Positions 49,481-59,482 of a stretch of DNA of 64,000 nucleotides are shown here, one piece after another (positions within the stretch are counted from its first letter, which is position 1; each line of letters starts with the position of its first letter). A program made the translations under genes and the position numbers. Source of the stretch: a bacterium (lineage in GTDB: Bacteria; 4484-113; JAFGCY01); NCBI GenBank assembly GCA_020440605.1, contig JAGRNT010000007.1, positions 55,083 to 119,082 on the forward strand. The letters run 5' to 3'. The notes beneath the pieces are model-generated. The model saw nothing but the letters and a program-made list of their open reading frames with translations. It had not been told where the DNA came from and did not search any database.

Positions 49481-52400
49481 TTACTCCGTCACATTGAGCA
49501 CCCAGCTGACGACGGTTCCGCTGTCCTCACATGCGTAGAGGACAAGCGGCTTGCCGTAGGGGTTCATGTCAGCCGGAATGAACTGGAATCCTTCAGGAGC
49601 GATGTCCACCATCGTTCCGTCGGGGTTTGTGGTCACGTAGTCGAGGCGGGTGGCGCTTGCCGGATTGCTGATGTCGTAGATGAACATCCCGCCCTGGCGC
49701 TCCAGGCCGATGAAGCCGAAGGTCGTGCCGCGGTAGGATCCGACGCACAGGCCCTCGGGCTCGCAGCCCTTGTCGTCACTGCGGGCATCGAACTCGCCGA
49801 TGTCACCGTCGTTCATGTTGAAGACCGAGGCATAGTTGGCCGCGAGGTACTGCTCGAACTCATCGCCGCTGTCGTAGACCTGGGAACCCGCGTTCCAGAT
49901 GCTGAAGCTGCGTCCGCCGTAGCCGTAGATCTCGTCGTAGTCTCCGTCATCATCCGTGTCACCGTTGGCGAGGGTTACCTTGAAGCGGCCGAGCATGCCG
50001 TCCTCGAGCAGGGTCGCCTCATCGGGCCACAGCGTGTCGTCCAGATCGAGATCCTTGGCACGGGCCTCCTCGGAGTAGCCGCCGTAGTCGCGGGAGTCGC
50101 CTTCGTTGGCACCGATCGTGTAGAACACGCCGTTGGCAGCAAAGCTCTTGACCGTGTCGGGCATATAGAAGGTCTTCACAGGCCAGTTGCCGAGCTTGAT
50201 CGAGGCGGTGTCGCCCGGGCCGTCACGGTCGGAGACGTCGATCATCGGACCGCCGGTGGACCAGTCCTTGGTGCCCAGCGCATACAGGTTGGTGATGCTG
50301 TAGTCCGAGAGGTCGATCTCCAGCAGGGCGTTGTTCTCCTGGCAGGCAACCCAGGCCATGCTGTTGTCCGGTGCGATGGCGATGTACTCGGGTTCGAGGT
50401 CCTCAGCCAGGTTGCTCGGCACGTCACCGGGCTGCTTGATGCCGAACACTCGCACGCCCGCTGCCTCATAGGCAGCCTGATCCACGTTGAGACCGGTGAA
50501 GGGGATCTGGGTGATGACGGGGCTGGCGAGGTCGCCGGTCACGTCAATCACGGTCACGCTGCCCTCGGGGTCGATCGTCCAGTCATCGCTGGGCTGGCCC
50601 TCGTTGGCGGTCAGCAGCAGGCGGTGGTCGTTGGTCAGCACCACGTTGTCAGGCAGCACACCCGTCGGGTTGCTGGAAATCAGCGCCAGCGTCATCGCAT
50701 CGTAGATGTTGCAGACGCCGGGATCCGTCTCCGGGTCAGCGGCGATGGAGACGGCGACGTAGCCCTCCCAGGCCACGCAGCTGGTCGGGCTGCCATAGCT
50801 GCTGGTGTCAATGCCGGCACCGGCATCCACCGGGGCGGAGGGATCAGAGTAGTCAATCACACTGACGGACTGCGATCCGGCGTTGGTCAGGAAGATCCGG
50901 CGGCTGTCGGGGTCGTAGGTCACGATCTCCGCGGAGCCCGCGCCCAGTCCCGTATCAAAGGTAGACAGGTAGTCGAAGCTCCAGCTGCCGGGATTGACGG
51001 TCTGGATGCGGCGCTCGCCGGGCAGGATGTTCATGTCACCATCCTCGCCTTCGTACGGATACTGCTCCGCGCTGACAACTCCCCCGAGGCCGTCCTCGAT
51101 GTAGTTGCGCAGCGCCTGCTGGTAGCTGACACCGAGGGTGTAGAGCTTGTCGCCGACAAACGGGCTGCCGTCGCCGCCGCGGGCCAGGAAGTCAATCGTC
51201 GCCAGGTTGATCTTCGTGTCCGGGTTGAGCACGATGCCGTCGCTGATGAACTGCGTGCCGTCCCTGAACCAGGCGTTCTGCACGCGGGTACCGCTGCCGG
51301 GGCTGCCGAAGACGTAGGGATCGCCGTCCTTGTCGTAGACGAAGCGCAGGCCGCTGACCTGCAGGAAGCCGCCGCTGGTGCCCTGCACGCCGTTGACGGC
51401 GCTCTCCAGGATGTCACGCAGGGTACTGTGGCTGACGCCCTCGAGGATCGTGACGAAGTTCGGGAAGGCGTTGATGTCGAAGGTGTCGAGCTCGGTGATG
51501 TTGCCGGGCTCGATGATCGCGTCATTGCGCATGCCGCCGCCGTTCTGGAAGGCGACATCGGCATGCGGAGCACTGAAGCTGTCAGCCAGTTCGTTGGCCT
51601 GCCAGAGCAGGGCATCGGCGTCGAGGTTGCCGAGGTTGGTCTCGGAGTTGCGCACGCCGACGATGGAAGGCCTGTCATTCACGTCATCCCAGCCACCGCG
51701 GCGGCCATTGAGCGGAACCTCTGTGGTACCGATCACATTGGCAGCCAGCGCGGCCAGGCTGCTGCTGACAGGGGTGGTCACGCTGCTCTCGATGGCGGCA
51801 TTGCCGATCACGGCGTCCGGGTAGTCGCTGTTGGCGACGCGCTGCAGGCCGGAGTGGTCATCCACCACACCGGTCACCTCGCCGGCGTCGTTGAACTCAA
51901 CCGTAAGCTGGCCGACGTACTTGTAGTTTCCGGGCGTGGTGACGACCGGGATGTCCTTGCCATCAGCATCCTGCAGGATCACGGGGTAAGTGCGGCCCGC
52001 CACCGGCTCGTCACCGGGGATCAGGTTCTCGCTGGCATCACCGTTGGCAAGCAGTTCATCACCGCCGCCGGCGACCGCGATGTCGATGCCGCGCAGGGTG
52101 GAGATCAGGGCCTCATCCTCGCCGATGCCCTGCATGTGGGAGATCAGCACGATGATGTCCACGCCCTCGCTCTCGAGGCTGTCAACCTCTGCCTGGATGC
52201 TGGACTGCGCGCTGAGCACGCTGACATTGCGCGGGTTGGAGAACTCGGCATGCACGCCGGTCTCGCTCACGCCGCGCGGGCTGGAGATGATGTCAAGCAG
52301 CTCGGTGGTTGCGCCGACGATACCGATCTTGCGGCCGCCCTTGGTGACGGTCACGCTCTTGAACAGGCGGTCGTCGACGAGTGCCTGAAGATTCGGCTCA

Positions 52401-53608
52401 TCCGTATAATCCAGGTTGCTGGAGAGGTAGGGCACGCTGCTGGAGAACTCATTGATGAAGTCCGCGAGCACATCCGGTCCGAAGTCGAAGTCGTGGTTGC
52501 CGAGGCAGATCGCGTCGTAGCCGATCGCGTCCAGCACCAGCGCGTCGTAGTAGGTGCCGTCCTGCAGGCTGGCGTTGAACTCCGCACCGGCGAGGAAGTT
52601 GTCACCGCTGGAAACCGTGATGCTGGCATCCGCGAAGCTGCCGGAGTCAGTGCGCAGCTCATTGAGCTTCGTGATGAAGTTGGCAGCGCCGCCGAAGCTG
52701 GAGAGGTTGCCGCTGTCAGGCAGTTCCTCGCTGCCGGCGTTGAGCAGCTGGCTTTCACCGTCGTTGTTGTGGAACAGGGTGAGCGTGAAGGGCTCGGGCT
52801 CCACATCAAGGGGTGCAACCGTGAAGCTGCCACTGGCGCTGTCGCCATTGCCGTTGGCATCCAGCACGGTCACGCTGTATGTATATGTCTTGGCAGCGCT
52901 CGTGCTGTTGAGCATCTGCACCGTGCGGCTGTCAGGGCTGGTGGCAGAGCTGGACTGCGCGGTATTCGGATCCGCACCGCCGCCGAAGTTCCACTCAATG
53001 CTGTAGGGGGCCTCACCGCCGCTCCAGCTGGCCTGCCAGAGGGCATCCTCAGCCGCCTTGAGCCCGGAGGGCACGGTCACATTCAGTTCAGGCATGCTCA
53101 CTTCAAGCTCGCTGCCGGCCACGAAGGAACCGAAGCGCGTGCTGTTCACCGTGGCCGTACCGCCCTGTACGTTCACCTTGCCGAGGCTGGTCCAGCCGGG
53201 GACGGCGGAAACGGAGCTGTCGTTGAAGCGGTAGACTTCCACCTCACCTGTCGCGCTGCCCGCGGGCACGCTGATGCTGACACTGCGGTCGAAAACGCAG
53301 TCCGCAGGGCCGAAGGCCACGCTGCCGAAGCGGGTGGCGGTGAAGCTGTCCAGCACCGACTGGCTGACCGCCCCGCTGCTGAACTGGATCGTGCCGTTGC
53401 TGACCGAGTCACTGGTGACGATGCTGCCCGCCGGAATGCTGGCGACTGCGCCGTTGCTCCCGGTGACCGTCTCGGCCTGGCTGATGGTGGCCTCATTGTC
53501 CGGCTGTTTCGGACCGCCGCCTCCACCACATGCCGCGCAGCTCAGCGCCAGCAGCAGGGAGATGCTCAGCGAAGCCAGGAGCTGGCCCGCAAAATGTTTC
53601 CTGTACAT
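49481..53608 (-). CDS. secreted lipoprotein: PKD-like domain + metallophosphatase/5'-nucleotidase + C-terminal beta-propeller (choice-of-anchor I / phytase-like) domain
   Basis: GAGGAGG RBS, lipobox LSCAAC; LTLFHNNDGES and ICLGNHDFDFGPD metallophos motifs; 5'-nucleotidase C-terminal domain; ~500-aa C-terminal propeller. Confidence 0.8.
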   Translation of the reverse strand: MYRKHFAGQLLASLSISLLLALSCAACGGGGGPKQPDNEATISQAETVTGSNGAVASIPAGSIVTSDSVSNGTIQFSSGAVSQSVLDSFTATRFGSVAFGPADCVFDRSVSISVPAGSATGEVEVYRFNDSSVSAVPGWTSLGKVNVQGGTATVNSTRFGSFVAGSELEVSMPELNVTVPSGLKAAEDALWQASWSGGEAPYSIEWNFGGGADPNTAQSSSATSPDSRTVQMLNSTSAAKTYTYSVTVLDANGNGDSASGSFTVAPLDVEPEPFTLTLFHNNDGESQLLNAGSEELPDSGNLSSFGGAANFITKLNELRTDSGSFADASITVSSGDNFLAGAEFNASLQDGTYYDALVLDAIGYDAICLGNHDFDFGPDVLADFINEFSSSVPYLSSNLDYTDEPNLQALVDDRLFKSVTVTKGGRKIGIVGATTELLDIISSPRGVSETGVHAEFSNPRNVSVLSAQSSIQAEVDSLESEGVDIIVLISHMQGIGEDEALISTLRGIDIAVAGGGDELLANGDASENLIPGDEPVAGRTYPVILQDADGKDIPVVTTPGNYKYVGQLTVEFNDAGEVTGVVDDHSGLQRVANSDYPDAVIGNAAIESSVTTPVSSSLAALAANVIGTTEVPLNGRRGGWDDVNDRPSIVGVRNSETNLGNLDADALLWQANELADSFSAPHADVAFQNGGGMRNDAIIEPGNITELDTFDINAFPNFVTILEGVSHSTLRDILESAVNGVQGTSGGFLQVSGLRFVYDKDGDPYVFGSPGSGTRVQNAWFRDGTQFISDGIVLNPDTKINLATIDFLARGGDGSPFVGDKLYTLGVSYQQALRNYIEDGLGGVVSAEQYPYEGEDGDMNILPGERRIQTVNPGSWSFDYLSTFDTGLGAGSAEIVTYDPDSRRIFLTNAGSQSVSVIDYSDPSAPVDAGAGIDTSSYGSPTSCVAWEGYVAVSIAADPETDPGVCNIYDAMTLALISSNPTGVLPDNVVLTNDHRLLLTANEGQPSDDWTIDPEGSVTVIDVTGDLASPVITQIPFTGLNVDQAAYEAAGVRVFGIKQPGDVPSNLAEDLEPEYIAIAPDNSMAWVACQENNALLEIDLSDYSITNLYALGTKDWSTGGPMIDVSDRDGPGDTASIKLGNWPVKTFYMPDTVKSFAANGVFYTIGANEGDSRDYGGYSEEARAKDLDLDDTLWPDEATLLEDGMLGRFKVTLANGDTDDDGDYDEIYGYGGRSFSIWNAGSQVYDSGDEFEQYLAANYASVFNMNDGDIGEFDARSDDKGCEPEGLCVGSYRGTTFGFIGLERQGGMFIYDISNPASATRLDYVTTNPDGTMVDIAPEGFQFIPADMNPYGKPLVLYACEDSGTVVSWVLNVTE

Positions 53609-53684
53609 GGGATCCTCCTCGATAGCGGCACCAGCTCTTAAGCGTGCCGTCGTTGCCATCAGGCGCAATGCTAGAACGCTGTTA

Positions 53685-53710
53685 TGTGAATGGCGTGAAC
53701 CCGTAGTGAA
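53685..53710 (-). promoter_or_regulatory. Pho-box-like triple direct repeat upstream of nucleotidase gene
   Basis: GTGAA at 53686, 53695, 53706 (spacing 9 and 11), 78 nt upstream of ATG. Confidence 0.5.
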
Positions 53711-53945
53711 GAACCCTCAGGTTCAGGGCAAATGCGGTCCGATTGACAGCGCAGGCCGGTAATGCTAGATTCTTCCGGCGGTGCTCCCGGCACCGGACCT
53801 CCTGACCGCCCGCCTGCGCCGGACGGCACTGCGGAGGCGAAGGGGACCTCTGTTCTCCGGGACTGGCGACTCTGTATCATTCATCTGGTCCGCTGCATGG
53901 ACCGGGACCGCGCAGGGGTGGGAGTCCGTGCGGCCACTGGAGAGA

Positions 53946-55247
53946 ATGATGACGAAACGCAGCAGTTTCAAGAAGCTCGTACGCGAGCGGATGAAGAGGA
54001 CGGGCGAGAGCTACAGCTCGGCCCGCAGGCAGATCATTGCCGCAATGGCCCCCGCCGCGGGCCTGACCCATTTCCCCGGCACCAACCCCGGCAGCACGGC
54101 TCTGCGCATCCTGCTCAGTGCAGCCGGGATCATGAATCCGGCCACGCAACAGGCATTCAGCGAGTCGATGATTCTGGGAATCGCAGGTGGGCTGGGAGCA
54201 GGCGTCTTCACCTTCCGCTATGAACAGCATGACTTCAGTTCATTCTTTGCGGCTGGGCGGCATCTCTGGCATGACAACCTGCTGTACATGCAGGGATGTC
54301 TGGACCGGCTCGGCGTGGAATACAGGGTCTGGGAAAGCACTGCAGCGAAGAAGGGCTGGGAGCAGCTGCGCGAGGCACTGCAGCATGGCCCGGTGGCGGC
54401 CTGGCTGGACATGGCCGAGCTGCCATACCACGGCCTGCCGGCCTGGATGAGCGGCGGCGGCTATCACCTGCTGGTGATCCAGTCGCTTGACGAGGAACGC
54501 GAGCTGGCTGTGTTGAGCGACCTGATGGATGAAACAGTGGAATTGCCGTTTGCCGATCTCGAACGCGCGCGATTGCGGATCAAAAAGGACAAGCAGCGCC
54601 TGCTGGCAATCACCGGCCGCAGGCAGGCAGCCGGGCTGCAGCCTGCTGTGCTGGCGGGGATCAGAGCCTGCCGTGAGGGACTGACAACGGGAAGGATGAA
54701 GAACTTCACGCTGGCGGCCTTCGAGGACTGGGCGAAGCAGCTGCATGGCAGCTCCGGCAAGCAGAGCTGGAGCGTGCTGTTCCCGGCCGGGCGGCATCTC
54801 TGGACTGCCCAGACCTGGGCCTACGACTGCATCGAACACTACTTCAGCGGGGGCGGAATGCTCCGGCCAGTGTATGCCGACTTCCTGGAGGAGGCCGCTT
54901 CACAGGCGGATCTGCCGGAACTTGCGGAACTGGCAACCCAGTACCGCTCCATCGGCGCTCAGTGGAGCGCGCTGGCGGATACCCTGCTCCCAGCGGATGG
55001 CGGGCTGCTGGGACAGGCCCGCGAGTTATACGAGCTGCGGGCGGAAAGCTACAACAGTCCAGCGGAGGTCGAAGTGGAACGGGCGGAGATCATGACGCGG
55101 TTGGATGCACTGAAGCGCCAGGCGGCCCAGAGCTATCCGCTGGATGCGCAAGCCGTTGACAACATGCTCAGCAAGGCCCAGCAGCAGCTGCAGGAGATCT
55201 GCACTGCTGAGCGAGCTGCATTGGCCGGGCTCGGGGAGGTGCTGTGA
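53946..55247 (+). CDS. BtrH_N + DUF4872 domain protein
   Basis: N-terminal BtrH-like (butirosin BtrH N-terminal, papain-like fold) block ...GIAGGLGAGVFTFRYEQ...LPYHGLP...GGYHLLVIQSLDEE; start chosen at MMTKRS after GGAGAG. Confidence 0.55.
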   Translation: MMTKRSSFKKLVRERMKRTGESYSSARRQIIAAMAPAAGLTHFPGTNPGSTALRILLSAAGIMNPATQQAFSESMILGIAGGLGAGVFTFRYEQHDFSSFFAAGRHLWHDNLLYMQGCLDRLGVEYRVWESTAAKKGWEQLREALQHGPVAAWLDMAELPYHGLPAWMSGGGYHLLVIQSLDEERELAVLSDLMDETVELPFADLERARLRIKKDKQRLLAITGRRQAAGLQPAVLAGIRACREGLTTGRMKNFTLAAFEDWAKQLHGSSGKQSWSVLFPAGRHLWTAQTWAYDCIEHYFSGGGMLRPVYADFLEEAASQADLPELAELATQYRSIGAQWSALADTLLPADGGLLGQARELYELRAESYNSPAEVEVERAEIMTRLDALKRQAAQSYPLDAQAVDNMLSKAQQQLQEICTAERAALAGLGEVL

Positions 55248-55711
55248 TGGATGCAGGTAATCGCAATTCCCAGGACTCCATTCGCCGCAGTCCGCTGTCC
55301 GTACTGCTCAGCATCTGGGCGGTACTGGCGGGCTACCTGACATTGTCAATCCTCGTGATGCTGCTGCTGATGGTCGCACTCGTGATCGTCCCGGAATGGC
55401 GGGAGACGGTCTCCGGCGGCTACCTGCTCGCCAACATCCTGCTGAGCATCATTTCCGCAGCGGCCGGAGGCTATGTCACGGCCCGCATCGCCCCGGCCAG
55501 CCCGCTGGGGCATGGTCTGGCTCTCGGCTTGATCAGCCTGTTATTCGGAGTGCTGTATGCGATGAACATGCCCACGGAGCCTGGTCGCCCGGAGCCTCCG
55601 GAATGGTACGGCGTGCTGCTGGCTGTGCTGGCCCTTCCATCCGTAATGCTCGGAGCTTTGGTTCGCGTCCGAACACTGCCGGCCAGCGCTCGTCCAGCTG
55701 GCAAACGCTAG
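55244..55711 (+). CDS. hypothetical 4-TM membrane protein
   Basis: start overlaps upstream stop (GTGATGG). Confidence 0.45.
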   Translation: MMDAGNRNSQDSIRRSPLSVLLSIWAVLAGYLTLSILVMLLLMVALVIVPEWRETVSGGYLLANILLSIISAAAGGYVTARIAPASPLGHGLALGLISLLFGVLYAMNMPTEPGRPEPPEWYGVLLAVLALPSVMLGALVRVRTLPASARPAGKR

Positions 55712-55740
55712 AATGTGCATATCTGGTAAAGGGGTTTGCA

Positions 55741-56454
55741 ATGAACACGTCATTCAGATCAGTGATTCTCGGCCTGCTGCTGGCAGCGGCCGTGCTGCTG
55801 CCGGTGTCCGGGGCCAGGGCCCAGGAGGACAGCAGCCGCGACTACATCTTCGGCACCCGCCTGGTGATCTTCAGCCCGAACAATCTGAGCGGGCCGAACT
55901 ATGCATGGTGGGGCGACAAGCTGCCGATGCCCTACACGCATGCGGTGGGCTGGATCGTGAAGATAGTCAACGAGGCCCGCGCCGAACGCGGTAACAATGA
56001 AGTCGTAAACTACAGGGAGTACCCGGTCTCCATCAACGGAGAGGTCCAGAAGGGTGACAGCTGGGAGTACTACATCGACTTCATGAAGATGAGCCCCGAG
56101 GATGTGCAGGTCGTGCTCAACGAGTTCCCGATGGAAGGTGCAATGGCCGACCTGCGCACGGAGATCCGTCCCGTGGGCATGGGCAACTACTATGGCAACA
56201 GCCAGGAAGGTGGACCCGTGAGCCTGGCCCTGCCGGGCGGCGAGATGCAGTTCAGCCCGCAGGTCAGCTACGATGAGAACTGGAACCGCGTCAGCCAGCG
56301 CCTGACGGACTACTTCGGCCGTGAGGTCAAGTTCGACATGAGCATGAACCGCTACAAGGCCGCCAATGGCTACAACAGCTTCGACGTGAGCGTCACCATC
56401 TACATGGACGACAGCTACGAAATGGGCGGAGGCTACCCGGCCGAGTACGATTGA
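55741..56454 (+). CDS. hypothetical secreted protein
   Basis: AAGGGG RBS, signal peptide MNTSFRSVILGLLLAAAVLLPVSGARA. Confidence 0.55.
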   Translation: MNTSFRSVILGLLLAAAVLLPVSGARAQEDSSRDYIFGTRLVIFSPNNLSGPNYAWWGDKLPMPYTHAVGWIVKIVNEARAERGNNEVVNYREYPVSINGEVQKGDSWEYYIDFMKMSPEDVQVVLNEFPMEGAMADLRTEIRPVGMGNYYGNSQEGGPVSLALPGGEMQFSPQVSYDENWNRVSQRLTDYFGREVKFDMSMNRYKAANGYNSFDVSVTIYMDDSYEMGGGYPAEYD

Positions 56455-56496
56455 CTCGGCTGCTGAATCGGCAATCCGGGCCGGGATGGGCACTGC

Positions 56497-57126
56497 TCAT
56501 TCCGGCCCTTTCCGTTTCTCCCGCCTGCTGAAGACCGACCGAAGCCGTGTTCCATGCTCCTGCCCGCTGCTGCGCAGACGGGACATACCGGTGCTGCCGG
56601 CATCCTGCATACGTTGCCACTGCCTGCGGCTCCCAGCCTGAATCCGGTCAAACTGTTCCTCGGTCGTGTTCAGCAGATCCTCATGCCGCTCGCGCAGTTG
56701 CTCCCCGGCCTCGCGGGCCAATACACCCAGCTTCACGGATTCCTCGCTGGCAAAGGCATACAGCATGCGGACCTTGGCGGCATAGTGGGCGGCGAGGACG
56801 AAAGGCGGGGCCCAGAGGCAGACATTGGCGAGCAGCAGTTCCGTCCAGGCCAGCCAGAGTGGATGTGGGCGGAAGATGAACTCAATCAAGCTGGCAATCA
56901 GCAGCACCACGCTGAGCAGCAGCAGCAGACCGCAGAGCAGCATCAGATGCAGGGGTGGCCACCAGCTGATCGCTTCATCCGCCGTGTCCAGATAACGAAG
57001 CACCACTTCCAGATCAGTGCTGTGCAGCAGACCCAGCCGCACAGCTAGCCTGAGCGGCAGACGCGCGAAGAAGGGCAGGTTCGGAATCGCGCCGATGAAT
57101 TTCAGGACCGGTATGTTGACTGGCAT
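56497..57126 (-). CDS. hypothetical membrane protein
   Basis: 209 aa, 3-4 TM. Confidence 0.4.
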   Translation of the reverse strand: MPVNIPVLKFIGAIPNLPFFARLPLRLAVRLGLLHSTDLEVVLRYLDTADEAISWWPPLHLMLLCGLLLLLSVVLLIASLIEFIFRPHPLWLAWTELLLANVCLWAPPFVLAAHYAAKVRMLYAFASEESVKLGVLAREAGEQLRERHEDLLNTTEEQFDRIQAGSRRQWQRMQDAGSTGMSRLRSSGQEHGTRLRSVFSRREKRKGPE

Positions 57127-57189
57127 GGCTTCCCCGCCCGGCTTGTCGCCTGATAGAGCCTAGCACAGCGGCTGCGCTAGGATAGTAGG

Positions 57190-58146
57190 GTGAGTACTGA
57201 GCTGCCACCTGACATGCGCATCGTCAGCCTGCTGCCTTCCGCCACTGAGATCATCTGTGCACTGGGCGGACAGCGGAACCTGGTCGGCGTGAGCCATGAA
57301 TGCGACCATCCCGCCGGGGTGGGAGAGCTGCCGAAGCTGACCCGGCCGCGCTACCGGATCCCGGACTCGAGTGCCGGCATCGACGGAGCTGTGCGTAGTG
57401 TGCTGGAATCCGCGTTGTCAATCTACGAAGTGGACGTGGAACTGCTGCGCGAACTGCAGCCGGACATCGTGTTCACGCAGGATCTCTGCCGGGTGTGTGC
57501 TCCCAGCCTGGATGACGTAAGGCAGGCGGTGCACGCCTGGTGCGGGCAAGATACGGTGGTTGTCAGCCAGTCGCCGCAGGACCTCAGAGAGGTCCTGCAG
57601 AGTTTCCATGATGCAGGCAGCGCACTGGGAATCTCAGCTGAAGGTGAACGCCTCAAGCAGCAGACCGCACGCGCGCTGCTGGAACTGCAGATGAATTGGG
57701 TCCGGTCGGAACGGCCCGCGGTTCCCGTGCTGACCATCGAATGGATCGAACCGCTGATGCCCGGTGGGCTGTGGATGTCCGAACTGATCAGGCAAGCTGG
57801 TGGCGATCCCTTGTTGACATCCCCCGGCCAGCACAGTACTCCGCTCAGCGATGAGCAGCTTGCATCCATATCACCCGAGCTGGTGCTCGTGCATCCCTGC
57901 GGCTTCGACCTCACACGCGGACTGCGTGAGGCGGACATCCTGATGAGGCGCCTGCCGGCGGACTGGCCGGCTGTTGTCAACAAGCGGATCTGGTTCACGG
58001 ATGGCAGCCACTACTTCAATCGGCCGGGTCCACGCCTGTATGATTCCGCCTGGCTGCTGAACCTCGTGCTGCATCCTGAGCTGCATGACGACCAGCGCGC
58101 GATGTTCAGCAAGGCACTGATGAAACTGGGAGGACTGCCATGGTAG
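57190..58146 (+). CDS. ABC-type substrate-binding protein, cobalamin/Fe-siderophore (BtuF-like) class, without detectable signal peptide
   Basis: RIVSLLPSATEIICALG...LVGVSHECDHP pattern. Confidence 0.65.
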   Translation: MSTELPPDMRIVSLLPSATEIICALGGQRNLVGVSHECDHPAGVGELPKLTRPRYRIPDSSAGIDGAVRSVLESALSIYEVDVELLRELQPDIVFTQDLCRVCAPSLDDVRQAVHAWCGQDTVVVSQSPQDLREVLQSFHDAGSALGISAEGERLKQQTARALLELQMNWVRSERPAVPVLTIEWIEPLMPGGLWMSELIRQAGGDPLLTSPGQHSTPLSDEQLASISPELVLVHPCGFDLTRGLREADILMRRLPADWPAVVNKRIWFTDGSHYFNRPGPRLYDSAWLLNLVLHPELHDDQRAMFSKALMKLGGLPW

Positions 58147-58820
58147 ATGGAGCAAAGCAGAAGCTGGCCGTGGCCTGGAGCAGCGGCAAGGACAGCGCCT
58201 GGGCGCTGACGAAACTGCTGCGGGATGAGCGCTATGAAGTGGTGGCCCTGCTGACAACACTGAGCGAGGAGGATGGCAGCATCGGCATCCACGGTACCAG
58301 CCGTGATGTGCTGCATGCACAGCTTGCGGCGATCGGGCTGCCGCTGTACGAGGTGAGCCTGCCCTGGCCCTGCCCGAATGAGGTATATGAGCAACGCCTG
58401 CGGGACTGCGCTTATCTCCTGATGACGAATGACATCACTGCGCTGGCTTTCGGCGATCTGCATCTGGCGGATGTCCGGCAATATCGGGAAGAGCTGTTTG
58501 CCGACAGCGGGCTGGAGCTGCTGTTTCCGCTCTGGCAACGCAGCACCCGCGAACTGGCCGGTGAGATGCTGGCGGGAGGATTGCAGGCGGTGGTCTGCTG
58601 CGTGCAGCATGCGCTGCTGCCGGCGTCGCTGCTGGGCCGGCCCTATGATGCGGATTTCCTGGCTGAATTGCCTGAAGGTGTGGATCCCTGCGGTGAGAAC
58701 GGGGAGTTCCATACAATCGTTACGGCAGCGCCCTGCATGTCCGTCAGCCTGGATCTCCTTCCCGGTGAAATCCGCAGGGATGAACTGCACAGCTGGCTGG
58801 AATTCCAGCCAGCGGAATGA
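58140..58820 (+). CDS. PP-loop ATP pyrophosphatase, Dph6-related (ATP_bind_4/DUF71)
   Basis: SSGKDS PP-loop; 7-nt overlap with upstream gene. Confidence 0.65.
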   Translation: MVDGAKQKLAVAWSSGKDSAWALTKLLRDERYEVVALLTTLSEEDGSIGIHGTSRDVLHAQLAAIGLPLYEVSLPWPCPNEVYEQRLRDCAYLLMTNDITALAFGDLHLADVRQYREELFADSGLELLFPLWQRSTRELAGEMLAGGLQAVVCCVQHALLPASLLGRPYDADFLAELPEGVDPCGENGEFHTIVTAAPCMSVSLDLLPGEIRRDELHSWLEFQPAE

Positions 58821-58996
58821 GCCCACACTTTCGCCACACTTCCCGCGCAGAATCTCTACGTGGCCCTGCTACATTTCCAGTGTCAGGCAGTGCCTGCGGG
58901 AGGAAGCCATGCAGTACGGTGACCACTGGTTCGAACTGAAACTGGAAGAGATGACTCCGGCTCCCCTGTATTGCTGCCAGGAGGGAGCAGAGGAAT

Positions 58997-59482
58997 TCAG
59001 CCCTGCTTCATTGATGCCAGCCAGTTGCTGAGATTCTGCGCGATCTCCTCCTCGGTGTAATTCCACTGCCGGGTGGCAATCGCCCAGTGATGGCCGAAGG
59101 GATCGGCAAGCTTGCCCATCCGGTCGCCCCAGAAGGCATCCATGGGCGGCATCAGGGCCTTGGCTCCATGCTCCACGGCCTTGCCGAACACGGCATCGCA
59201 ATCTTCAGTAAACAGCCACAGCCCGCCCGTGGTGAAACCAGCGGGTCCCTGTTCGCCTGAGCCGGGCATCGCGTCATTGAGCATGATGTGGCTGTTGCCG
59301 ATCTGCAGCATCGCATGCCAGACACTGCCACCATCAGGGCTCATGGAAATCTCACCCATAGGCACGGCATCCAGTGCCGCCTTGTACCACTCGATAGCCT
59401 GCATGCAGTTCCCGCTGAATGCCAGTGTCGTGGTCAGGTTGTTCATGCCCGCCGGGATCGGTCCGTTTGCTTTTTCCGCCAT
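58997..59482 (-). CDS. VOC-family (PhnB-like glyoxalase/bleomycin-resistance fold) protein
   Basis: GGAGG RBS before ATG 59482; ORF-track start at 59539 judged too long. Confidence 0.6.
   Translation of the reverse strand: MAEKANGPIPAGMNNLTTTLAFSGNCMQAIEWYKAALDAVPMGEISMSPDGGSVWHAMLQIGNSHIMLNDAMPGSGEQGPAGFTTGGLWLFTEDCDAVFGKAVEHGAKALMPPMDAFWGDRMGKLADPFGHHWAIATRQWNYTEEEIAQNLSNWLASMKQG

Noticed and set aside
50624-53641. 1005-aa ORF on the plus strand
   Set aside because: Antisense to the well-supported nucleotidase gene; no domains; typical GC-rich antisense open frame.
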